A DNA stretch of 32,000 bases from Wallemia ichthyophaga EXF-994 (lineage: Eukaryota > Fungi > Basidiomycota). The position numbers and the translations under genes are program-made. Positions 20,738-31,376 of this stretch are shown piece after piece. The notes below the pieces were generated by a model. It worked only from the letters and a program-made list of their open reading frames with translations. It ran no database searches and was not told where the DNA came from. The stretch is taken from assembly GCF_000400465.1 (NCBI RefSeq), contig NW_008806280.1:390001-422000 (forward strand), read 5' to 3'. Position 1 is the first letter of the stretch, and each line of letters opens with the position of its first letter.

Positions 20738-21634
20738 CTAGTGAACAGCTTCGAGTATTCGCCGAGCTATACTCTCAAACACCTTGTATGTCGGTATACT
20801 TTGGTAGCGCTCTATGAGAGTTGTAGAGATAGCTTCCTGATCCTGCACAGAGAGTGTAATGCCGCCCTGCTTGGCCTGCTCCTCCTTCTTCATCTGCAAA
20901 ATTTTGATATCATCGAGCAGCTTAACGAGGAGGGGATCTATGGGAACTTTACCGAGGAATAGGATATGTTCTCTCTTCGCGAGTGATTCTCCGCCGCCCG
21001 TAGAAAAGACGTTAGTGCAATCAGCGCAATGGGGACAAGCGTAGCCAGACATGTTCTCTATGAGACCGAGGATGGGTATGCCGACAGTCCTTGCAAAAGT
21101 AATTTCCTTCTGGACGTCGCTCAACGCTACCGCTTGGGGGGTTGTGACGATGACGGCATGTATCCTATCGGCGAGAGGAGCGAGATGTTCAGTGAGGGCT
21201 ATATGTTCATCGGATGTGCCTGGAGGAGTATCGATGATGAGAGTGTCGCAATCCCACTTGACATCAGCGAGGAACTGGCGAATCATTGCGCTCTTCTTTG
21301 GCCCACGCCACACAACGGCATCGTTCTTGCTCTTGAGGAGGAAAGCTATTGACATTACAGACAGCTTTCCAGCGCGGTCGGCATGTACAGGCACCCAACC
21401 CTGACCGTGGAGACCCATGTGGACAGAGTGACCATCGAGACCGAGCATCCGCGGGAGAGAAGGTCCCGTGAGATCGACATCTAGCAATCCCACTTTTGCA
21501 TTGGTTGAAGTCGTCGCTGATAACGCCAACTGGGTGGCTACCGATGATTTACCCACCCCGCCTTTACCACTAAGGACGAGTATTATAGACTTAACATTCT
21601 GGAGACGCTTAACCACTGGACTGTCTAGATCCAT
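20738..21634 (-). CDS. CFD1: Cytosolic Fe-S cluster assembly P-loop NTPase Cfd1/NUBP2 (298 aa)
   Basis: [44 protein letters not shown] and CPHC. No N-terminal 4-Cys ferredoxin motif, which would mark Nbp35. Confidence 0.93.
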   Translation of the reverse strand: MDLDSPVVKRLQNVKSIILVLSGKGGVGKSSVATQLALSATTSTNAKVGLLDVDLTGPSLPRMLGLDGHSVHMGLHGQGWVPVHADRAGKLSVMSIAFLLKSKNDAVVWRGPKKSAMIRQFLADVKWDCDTLIIDTPPGTSDEHIALTEHLAPLADRIHAVIVTTPQAVALSDVQKEITFARTVGIPILGLIENMSGYACPHCADCTNVFSTGGGESLAKREHILFLGKVPIDPLLVKLLDDIKILQMKKEEQAKQGGITLSVQDQEAISTTLIERYQSIPTYKVFESIARRILEAVH

Positions 21635-21692
21635 TATAATTTATTTGTCGGTCGATGTCGCTGCGAACGTTATCAACAAACGATCGAATAAA

Positions 21693-22632
21693 ATGGAATT
21701 GAAGAAAATCTCAAATGGTCGGTGGTAGACACAAAGCAGACGCAGCACACACTTACCAACCTCACTACTCCAGGCAGAACGATGCCTTCTATTGGTTTCG
21801 GGCTGTATCAGCTATCGCGGGAGGCGACACAGCGAGTGACGACGCGGGCTGTGGAGCGCGGCTGGAGACACTTCGATGGAGCGCGCGTGTATAGAAATGA
21901 GCGAGAGCTAGGCGAGACTATTGCGAACCTCCCCCACAATCACCGTCGCGAAGACCTCTTCCTTACTTCGAAGCTGGACAAAGCAGGTACATCGACCTCG
22001 GCGCTGGCTGACGTGCGCAAGAGCATCCGATATCACAAGACAACGTATCTTGACCTGATGCTGATCCACTCTGCCACTCCAGGCTACCTCAACCGCATCG
22101 AGGCGTGGAAACAGCTCTGCGAAGCGTACAACACGGGTCTGTGCAGAAGTATAGGCGTGTCTAATTACGGCATTAAGCATTTGGAGGAACTAAGAAAACT
22201 GTGCGAGGAAAATGAAGGCGTGGTCATGCCCCACGTCAATCAGATTCAACTTCATCCTTGGCTTCAGAACAGGGATATCGTCGCTTACTGCAAATCTCAC
22301 GGAATCGTAGTTCAGGCTTTCTCCCCGCTCGCGCGTGCCTCGCGTTGGCAGGACCCGACTATCGACAGTTTGGCTAAGAAACATGGCGTCACAGCTGCAC
22401 AGGTGTTGATAAAGTGGGTCATTATTTTCACCACGCGCATCTTTAACGTCACTCAAGATGGTCGCTGACCCATGGTTTCGTTCCCCTCGTCAAGACTGAG
22501 AATGAGGATAGGCTGTCGGAAAATCTTCTCTCAAACGTCCATTTCAACTTGGATCAAGAGGATATGGCCGCTATTGACGCTCTCGATGACCCCAACGGTG
22601 CGTGTACTTGGAACCCCGTCAACTGCGACTAG
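21693..22632 (+). CDS. Aldo-keto reductase (279 aa)
   Basis: Introns 21718-21773 and 22414-22457 give ISNGRTMPSIGFG, GWRHFDGARVYRNE, TSKL, LIHS, SIGVSNY, NQIQLHP, AFSPL and IKWSLTHGFVPLVK. The catalytic D/Y/K/H tetrad is present. Confidence 0.93.
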
Positions 22633-22766
22633 TTGGCGAGTGTATCTATTGTGGCAATTGGCGATTACATTGGTCAAAGTATGTTATCCATTTCTGCAAT
22701 TCGTCAGTCGAGGGATGGAAAACTCACTCCACCCACCTATTAATACAATCTGTTGCAATGATCCAG

Positions 22767-23734
22767 CTATGATAAGGATGCGCGTATTATGTATCTGCGA
22801 GTATTTGTAAGCATGTTTGGGAGAAATACCAGACGCACCCTTTATCAGCAACTACTGCTCTGCCGTGTGCAACAACAGTGTACTTGAGTACCCAATCTAT
22901 CCCCACGCTCTTTTCATCTAGCTGGTGTGATTGGTTTCTGTTGAAAGCAGCAGCAAGCTCTGCGGGCGAGAGTATATCTAAGCGCAAGTCAGCAGATAAT
23001 TTAAGGCTCCCACACCAACTCACCGTGGATATCTGGATGGGCTGTCAATTCTACGTCGTGCTGCTTGGCTGTTTTGACGAGCTCGCTGGGTGGCTCGCAG
23101 CAGTCAGACAAGCTAATCTGCGTAGTCTGCGGTTGCCTAGCGGTGTCTTTGATCTTGGCGATGAGCTTGTCCAGCTCGATCGGACCGAAATCGGCAACAC
23201 CGAGTTGAGTGTGCGGGAATTCGGGAGTAAGTGACTGATTTGAGGAAATGAGGGGTAGTGAGCGATAGAATGACATGACGTACCTTCCAAATACGTGCAG
23301 CAGCATCCAGTCTATCGCTGCTATCACTTGTATCATCACATAGCCCGTTGAAGCTGAAAATGAGAGAATCGACGGATCCGAGCGAGGTAGTGCGATGCAA
23401 GCATTCAAAGGCATCGTTCAGCGTCTTTTCATTCCACTTGCTGTAGTCAGGATCCGTGACAAACAACTTCGCCGTGACTTCGTAGTTGGTCCTGTGCTCA
23501 GACAGAGAAGGCTCGCGACGGGGATGGCTGGGTATGTTGAGCTGCCTCTCTGAATCTGCGACGTCCGTGCTGTCGAGCGTGTCATAGAGTGCATCGAGCA
23601 GCTCGAGATTGTTGGCTGATGTAATTAAAACTTTAGCTTTCTCTGCGGGAAAAAGAAGGCCTAAACGCACATTCCTGGGTTACGGAAATTGGATTGAGAT
23701 TAACGTTATCGCAGTTGATGTAAACTGTTTTCAT
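22767..23734 (-). CDS. GCLM: Glutamate-cysteine ligase modifier (regulatory) subunit, GCLM-like (257 aa)
   Basis: Introns 23616-23670, 23235-23283, 22978-23023 and 22795-22838 give YEVTAKLF, VDSLIFSF, LGVADF, QISLSDCCEPPSELVKTAKQHDVELTAHPD and WVLKYTVVAHGRAVVADKGY. These match GCLM blocks (VSAKLF, QVNLASCCVMPPDL, WLLRYSVIVKSRGIIKSKGY) as recalled. Confidence 0.85.
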
Positions 23735-23786
23735 CCTATCTGTCCTCACCGTCCCTATTCAAGGAGCTTCTTATCGAATTTCAGTG

Positions 23787-24850
23787 ATGGCGCAATCACA
23801 GCCAGCGCAGAAATACGGACCAGATTTATCTGTGAAATTGGTAAATATGTGTATTTTGCAGTAAATTTATTATTGAAACTTTAATTCCCTTAGATTTGTC
23901 CTGAATGCCAGATACCCAATCCAAACGTCGTTGAGGAATTCAGCTCTGGTGATCTAGTATGCGGTGATTGTGGTTTAGTTCTTGGAGATAAGGTCGTCGA
24001 TACGCGCTCTGAGTGGCGTACATTCGCCAACGACGAGGGTGACGATCCCTCGCGTGTCGGTGCAGCCAGCAATCCACTTCTCGACGGCGTCGATGAATTT
24101 GAGACGATGATCTCTTCTAGAGACGGCAACTCGGGTATTTCTAAGGAACTGCAAAGAGCTGCTGCGAAATCATCTCATGGTCGAAGCGAGCGCAGCTTGA
24201 TGAACGCGTTCCGCGATATTTCCTCAATGGCTGATCAGATATCCCTTCCACGTTCCATCGCTGATATCGCTAAACAACTCTATAAACGTGTCGACGAAGA
24301 AAGACTGCTTCGTGGTAAATCCACCGACGCTATCATCGCTGCTTGCATTTTTATAGCTTGCAGACAGGCTGGCGTGCCTCGTACTTTCAAAGAAGTCTGG
24401 GGTCTTACACGCGTGCCTAAAAAAGTCATCGGTCAGTGCTTCAAAGTACTTGAAAGAGCTTTCGGTAGCAACTCTCCATCTATGACGCCAGGTGTTGACA
24501 CTCCAACTCTCAACAATGTACAAAGTGGTCCAGAAGATCTTATGGCGAGATACTGCAACCACCTCAGTCTTCCCGTGTGGCTCCAGAGTGGTGCTGTCGA
24601 TGTCGCTATTGCTGCTCGTGAACACGGTGTTTTGGCTGGTAGATCCCCTATTACTGTCGCTGCTACGTGTATTTACTTTTCCTCTGCTCTCTTTGGCTAT
24701 CCAAAGTCTGCTTCGGAAATTGGTAACATCGCAGGCGTCGGCGATTCAACCATCAAATCAGCATACAAGATATTGTTCAACGAAAAACAACCCGTACTAG
24801 CATCTATACACGACAAAAGAGCAAACGTAAGGAATTTACCTGACCCATAA
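23787..24850 (+). CDS. SUA7: Transcription initiation factor TFIIB (336 aa)
   Basis: Zn ribbon CPEC..GDLVCGDCG, B-reader DTRSEWRTF, cyclin repeats (AACIFIACRQAGVPRTFKE; GRSPITVAA). Intron 23841-23893. Confidence 0.96.
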
Positions 24851-24970
24851 CCGCATGTCACAACACATCCTAGGATTATTAAATATGTACAATAATTTAA
24901 CTCTATGCATTATTTCTATTTAGATACTCATTGGACAAACAATTTCGAGTAGCCATATCTATGCATCGAC

Positions 24971-27505
24971 CTACTCACTCAAGCTCATTCCGAGCTTGAG
25001 GGCATCGTTTGATGACATAACGCACCAATCAACGATATCCAACTCCCTCTTAGTAAGGTCTCCTAGGTCCATATGACTGAGGAACCACTTTAATCCATTC
25101 GCCAAGTTGGAGATTGGAGCTGCTTTCATCATGATACCGTCGATCACACTCTTGTCACCCCTCTTGCTGTCCAAGTTGAGAGTTGGTGATGATGACTGTA
25201 TCGATAGGAAGAGATAGACAAAGAATTTGTTGAAGAACTCTCTAGCCTTTGGGGTGAGCGTGGGGAATATGACTGGTTTGAAGATAGACAGTGGTACTGA
25301 CGACTTAGCAACCCACCAGGCTAAAGATTTAGCGAGATTGTCTATACGACTGGTGCGCACGGTCGATCCATCTCCACCAGTCGCTCCGTTTTTCAATATC
25401 TCCGATCCACCCACGCCTGCTTCACCGAGCTCTCTTAGGAAATCCCACATGACATACTGCAAAGTGATTCGAGTTGAATGCGACTGACTGAGCAAATGCG
25501 AGGCAACCATTGTGTAATAAGGATTGTAGCGTTTTTCCTTATATTCTGGTTAGCGTTGTATTGTCAGAATAATAATAAAAAAACCCACATTACCAGCACA
25601 GTGGACAATGACTCTGACAATCTCACGTTGCTGCACCTCAGATAATCCCAAGCCACCTAATCTATCACAAGCATCAATGTAATCCTCACTGCTCATGAGA
25701 ATAATGAAAATACTCCGTCTCACATCAGTATTCATGCCCTGTTTCTTAGCCAGCTTGACGAGGGCATCATCGCCACCTTTATTTTTAGCAAAGTCCTCCT
25801 TTTTATCGACAAGCGGGTTACCACTCCAGGCACTACCGACAAGCCACCATTTTCCTTTCGAGTCAGCTTGTCGCAGGTCTATGAGGCTGACAGTGAGGGC
25901 TTCTGTGGTCGACACGCCCGGTCTTTTGTCGATGTTTTTTATGTATCGCTTTATTCTATCTCGGGATTCACTACCACCTTGAGCACCTGGAAGGTTTTTT
26001 ATCTTGTTGTTTTTCAGGTTGTTGAGACACTCAAGCATGAATTTGAACCGTGAGCCGAGCTCTTCCTTGTTTATACTATCAACTTTATTCTGCACAGCAA
26101 GGACAATTTCCTTGAGTGATCCAGGATCATCGTGGCGCAACTGCTGACCGGCACTCCTAACTATGCGCAATACAGCATCGATCTGCGCCTCATTCAATCT
26201 GTCGGTCGATATGAGTGCGCGTATTAGATCGTATATGAGGGCATTGGAGAGACTGCCGAGATTGTAAAGCTCGGAAAGCATGCTGATGAGATTGAGATTT
26301 TGTCTAGCCCCACCTTCCGTTGAGTGGGACAATGGATTCGCGTCGAGTTTTGTAATAGTGGTTTGAGTGAGATGGGCTATAAACTCCACACCAACTAGTC
26401 GATGCAAAGCTGATATAAAACCGGCGTAGAGGATAACAAAGCTGTCGAGCATGTTATCACGTGATCCTATTGTAGAGAGCACTAGATCTACTATAGAACT
26501 TGTCACGTCATGTCTGGGTTTGGTGCGGTATAGGTCGAGGAGTTGTTGGAGGATAGATTCAATGTTTGCTTCTGAAAGTCTGTTCAACGATCCCTTGACA
26601 ATTTTGTTTATCTTTTGTAGCTCTTCTGATTTTTGCACATTGACGCTTTGTGATTCTTGCAGCTTACGCTCACGGGCTGCTCTGACAGCTGGAGGGATGT
26701 ATTTAGCTGGTTGGGAGGAGGGTTCGTGAGTTTGCGTCTGAGTTTGTGTGTTTGTATCGTTGATAGCTTCATCCATAGTTTCATCCAAAGCTGTGTCACC
26801 TTCTTCATCCTTGCTGCTGCCAGCATCTTCATCATCTTCCTCGCTTTCTTCACTTTCCTCACTTGCTTCACTTTCACTGGGGTCACCCTGGTTCAGATTA
26901 TCATCGATCATCATCTCCTCATCATCGACTTGCTCATTATGCTCCTGCTGATCATCGAACAGACGACCCTCAATGCCATTGACATCATCGAGAAGATCGT
27001 CTAGATCATCCTTAATATCGTCAGACTTCTTATTCTTCAGTTGATATTCGAGCCAAGCGATTTCATCGTCTTCGGGGTTAGATTTAGTTTTCTTTGATTT
27101 TTTAGAAGGATCAACGAGTTGCTCAATAGCCTTTGATTTGTCTGTGTCCTTCTTACTGCTGTCGCTCTTACTGCTGTCTGCCTCCTTTATCGGCTGCTGA
27201 TAAGCCTTCTCTCTTCCCTGGGTACGGGCATCATTGGGATCTAGCTGCTTCTTAACGACTGGAGGTGCGCCTTTATGTGACTGTTTCTTATTCGACCTTA
27301 TTTCCTTACGAGTCTCCTTCCTTGTTCTTAATTTACGAGACGGTGTCTTCGTACCGTCTGCCGAGCGTTAGACAATCTATCAACACTAAAACCACGCAGA
27401 CTGACACTTATCGTCGATCTCCGCAACGAGATTCTGCGGTAATTGAGTAGTTTTGTTTGCAAATTTACCCGATTTCGCAGATTTCCCAGATTTCGTAATG
27501 GCCAT
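24971..27505 (-). CDS. SGD1: Sgd1/NOM1 nucleolar MIF4G+MA3 protein (811 aa)
   Basis: KYIPPAVR, LNRLSEANIESI, GKWWLVGSAW, MNTDVRRSIF..LMSSEDYIDA and EKRYNPYY. Introns 27358-27405 and 25538-25588. Confidence 0.9.
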
Positions 27506-27520
27506 ATTGGTTGAAGAGTG

Positions 27521-27957
27521 ATGCTCAGGACACTCGGACTGTACAAGCAAGCACACACTCCGCGCACAGCACACAGAGTACCATCGCAGCCAGCCATGCC
27601 AGGACCAGTACACACAGCTATACAGGATAAGCTGCGCGGTGAGCTCCACCCGCAGAAACTGGAAGTGAGGAACGATAGCAGCCTCCACGCTCACCACCAC
27701 GCTATGGTCGTTCAAGGCGGTGGCAATGGCGAGACTCGTACGTTAGATTGAATCAGATTGCAACTAAGCACATCTAACAAAACACGCTAGACTTCGCAGT
27801 GACCGCTATAAGCGAGCGCTTTAATGGAATGTTGCAGATACAAAGACATAGACTAGTCAACAGACTCCTGACTGAGGAATTTGAGAAAATGGGTCTACAC
27901 GCACTCAGTCTGCGTCTATATACACAACAAGAAGCTGAGAGGATGCAGAAACAGTAA
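27521..27957 (+). CDS. BolA-family protein (BOLA1/Bol1-like) with a possible mitochondrial presequence (127 aa)
   Basis: GPV..AIQDKL..EL.P..LEVRNDS..HAHH..M...GETHF (across intron 27738-27790), then ISERF.G...QRHRLVN.LL.EEF..GLHALSL. An alternative start exists at ATG 27596. Confidence 0.88.
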
Positions 27958-28332
27958 TTGTAATATAAATTATACACATGCATACATATGTACACTGCTT
28001 ATATGTTCCTTTGATCCTACAGTGCGCGATCAAGGCTCATCGAAGCAGTATTCTCTGTCAATCTAAGACTGAGTACGATGAGTATCAGGAGCATTGTCCA
28101 CACCTTACAGCCACGTCTCGTCTATACCATCCTCCCCACACCTACCCTACACCTAGACTTAAGAGACATCTATGGAAAGGTATAACAAAGAAAATTAATA
28201 TCGTCCGTCAGACGCAACTATTTTAAGTAGATTCAGTTGTTTGTAAGTTGTTGATAATATTGAATGAATATAAGTCATCATCATTATGAAATTTTGCTTG
28301 GTATTGAGACTGACTGTGATGATTGATCAATT

Positions 28333-31080
28333 TTAAGCTGTAGCGCGTTTGATCATCTATAAGGCATAAGTTAGTAAATTGAACAAACCATAAAAATCCA
28401 CTCTCAACTCACCTCTCTTGCCCATTTCGCTGTTCTTCTAATAGATTCAGTCCCGCCTCTAGTTCTGCTCGACTTAAGCATATCAGCCACCCAAGGCTGC
28501 AGGAATAATTCCTTGGCCTCTCCTCTTGGATATGCGTCTGCAAGATCACCGAGCAATCCGACAGCTGAGCCGAGTGCTGCCTGTGTATGCTCCTGATCAG
28601 TAGCGCAGATTTGTACAAAGTTGAAAATAGATGGCAAGTATGGTAGCAGAAGATTACTCTTATCTGCAATCTTCAATCCACTCACTATACCCACATATGC
28701 CTCAAGAATGCTTTCGCGCAGCGTGGCAACATAATCGATGAGATCATAGTTGTTTGGATCCGGCATCATACTTCCAGCTTGTTGAAGTACTTGCAGTGTC
28801 ACTGGAAGGTATGGCTCAAATTGTCCTCCTATCGCCATACCGATATCACCAAACGCGGAAAGGATTGGTGGCTTCACTGATCTGTGAAGTTGTGATGCTG
28901 CGAGATTCTCCAATAAAACATTCATAAAGTTGTTGCAGTATGGACTAGACGCTTCGCCTAAGGCACGGCAGATATCACCAATCAAACCAACACTAATCGA
29001 ACACAGCTGGTACTCTTCATGTGATTTGAGCGCTTGGTAGAGGAATGGCATGAATGCCTCCAAGTATGGAGAGAAGTCGGTCTCTAACGCCGTAGTAATC
29101 GCACCGATCGCGAGGAAAGCATCTTCAAGTACAGTGGAGTGTTTACCTGATGATGAAATCAAACTCAACAAGATAGTCATAATCCTGTCAGCCAATGGTT
29201 TAATCTCCTTGCCGAGTCTACGAATGACTGCCGTGATTGCTGAGCAGAGATTCGATTGTAACTCATTCCAATTAGCTCTATCATCAGTACCGAGGAGTTG
29301 GTTTTGCATTGCGAGAAGTTGTTCCATACGCTCAAGTAAAGCGACAGTGACTTGACTAATAGTCTGTAAAGAATCTTGTGGAGCTTGAGCAATGAGTGTT
29401 GAGATGGCTTCGTAAGATGATGTACGTGAATTGTTATCGTTAGTAGGTCTATCACTGACTTGCATGAGTGTAGATAAAATACCATCATAGTAAGGAGAAA
29501 GAGGGGATGACTGAATGTTACCATCAGCGTCTTCAATTCCTTGTAACTGATCGGCAAGGTTCATCAACGACCAGCAACAGTTACCAATAATACGAGGGTT
29601 GTCCTGTAAACCGGCGACCAAGGCCAAAACTAATTCGTGAAGGTGAATATCAAGCTTGATGCAATCGATGAGAACATCTGAAATACGACCAAGTGTCCAT
29701 GCAGTAGTATCCTTGACATGGATAGAAGGATCTCTGATCATCTCAATAAGGGTTGGAAGAGCTTGTGAGACAAGTGGAGCGAGAAGTGCTGGGCTTGGAC
29801 CATCCAAGATAGAACCAAAGGCCATGACGGCAGCCTCTCTACCTTGCCAATCTGTCGAACGAATGTTGGATTCGACGAATGGGACGATATACTGAACAAT
29901 ATCGTCGGTGACAGTCTGAGCGAGAAGGCTGACACAGGTACCGGCAGCCATTGAGACATTCCACTCATCGTCGGTAGCATCTTCATCCTGTTGAGTGAGG
30001 AGTTTGAGAAGAACGGGAATAATTTCCGGTAAAGCGCCCTTTGCGAAATTTTTCGATTCTCTTTCGACAGGTTCATCAAATTCGGCAGCCTCGTTGGCTT
30101 CCAAAGCCAATTCGATCTCCTCATCGCAGACAGTAGACCAGAATTCGATAGCCTGGAGAGCGACGCCTTCTTCTGGGTTTTGCATTCCGAGGACTGTCAA
30201 GCCAAAGAGAGCTCTCTCCATGTAGAAGCCCATTTTGGAGTAGTAAATGTTCATAATCTTAACGAGACACTTGAAGGCGCCGATCTGAACGTCTGTGGAA
30301 GAGGACTGAGTAGCCTCGCAGACGACCTGCATAATGTAATTCCTCTCGCCCTCGCGCTCGAAGTTGTCTCTAACAAAGTCGAGTGAGTTGTTGAGGGCGT
30401 TGATAGCAGCATTTTGAACGTCAGTGGAGGGTTCCTCTTTGCGAGCGCCCTGGACAACAGCTGTAAGGATTTCATTTGAGCGAGCAGCGAGAGTGTCAGC
30501 AGGCTGAAGTGGAAGCGTAGTTAGCACATGTCATCACGTTCCAAAGACAAAACTCACAACCGACTCGCAGACAAAACCAATAGCAACGAGCGTAGTCATA
30601 CGCTTAGCTTCATCGGAGGCGTCAGTGACATTGTTGAGCAGCGTCGGCACGAGCTCTGGCCACTGGTCGTGAGGCAGTTCAATCGCGGCGACAGCGCTGA
30701 TGACTTGGGCAGCGGCAGCACCGATAGCTTTGGTGGAGAGAGCAGCGAGTACAATCTGCTTGATCTGGGCGCGGTGGGTGGAGTCGAGTGCGAGCCACCT
30801 CTGCGACTGATGCAGGGCTCTCGACTGATCCCGCGCGACAAGCGAATTCTTAATAGCCAAACCAGAGGCCTGGCGGATAAACGGCTGCTGGGACTCGTTG
30901 GCCAATTCATTCGAGAGCGTGTAGATGTACGAAGGGTAATCCTGGCTGGCTGCTTGTTCGAGCTGTTCCGAGGCTGTAGCCCGGGCTTGTTGCTCTAAAT
31001 AATATTTATTAGTCTGTTGCCCAGCCTATTTTCAACCCACCTGGCGAGAGAGATGCAGATAACAAAGATGCTACGTCCAT
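28333..31080 (-). CDS. KAP95: Importin beta-1 (karyopherin beta 1) (863 aa)
   Basis: IBN_N motif RQASGLAIKNSL; HEAT-repeat motifs ERNYIMQVVCEATQ, QAIEFWSTVCDEE, DDEWNVSMAAGTC, WQGREAAVMAFGSILDGP and VKPPILSAFGDI. Introns 30995-31040, 30504-30557 and 28357-28412. Confidence 0.96.
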
Positions 31081-31376
31081 GCTTCGTTTCGTGGTCGTCG
31101 CTGTGAGAAGATCAAATTCGCGCGTTTTTTGGTGTGTGGCTGGGTAAAATTATCTTTGGATATAAATCACAGCGTGTGCTAATCGTAATATATTTGTGCT
31201 CCCTCCCATCCCGCTCACCGCTCAAATGTCAAAACTTGTGCTGAGTTTATATCTCTTTCGTGGAGACCGTCCGTAGAAAGAGATGAATGTGATATTCGTA
31301 TTCCCCGTTGTACGTTTCCCCTGGATCTCTAGTCTCTGCTTCTTCACCGCCGACTGCCATCTCCACCGCCATCTCT

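Noticed and set aside
28205-28287. Minus-strand ATGATGA..CTGA..CTGA resembling a C/D-box snoRNA
   Set aside because: No terminal stem, no rRNA complementarity I can recognise, and it lies in the AT-rich KAP95 3' UTR where such short matches are expected.
31226-31276. Short ORF MSKLVLSLYLFRGDRP upstream of PAN3
   Set aside because: No splice path to the PAN3 frame giving a zinc finger, and no evidence it is transcribed.
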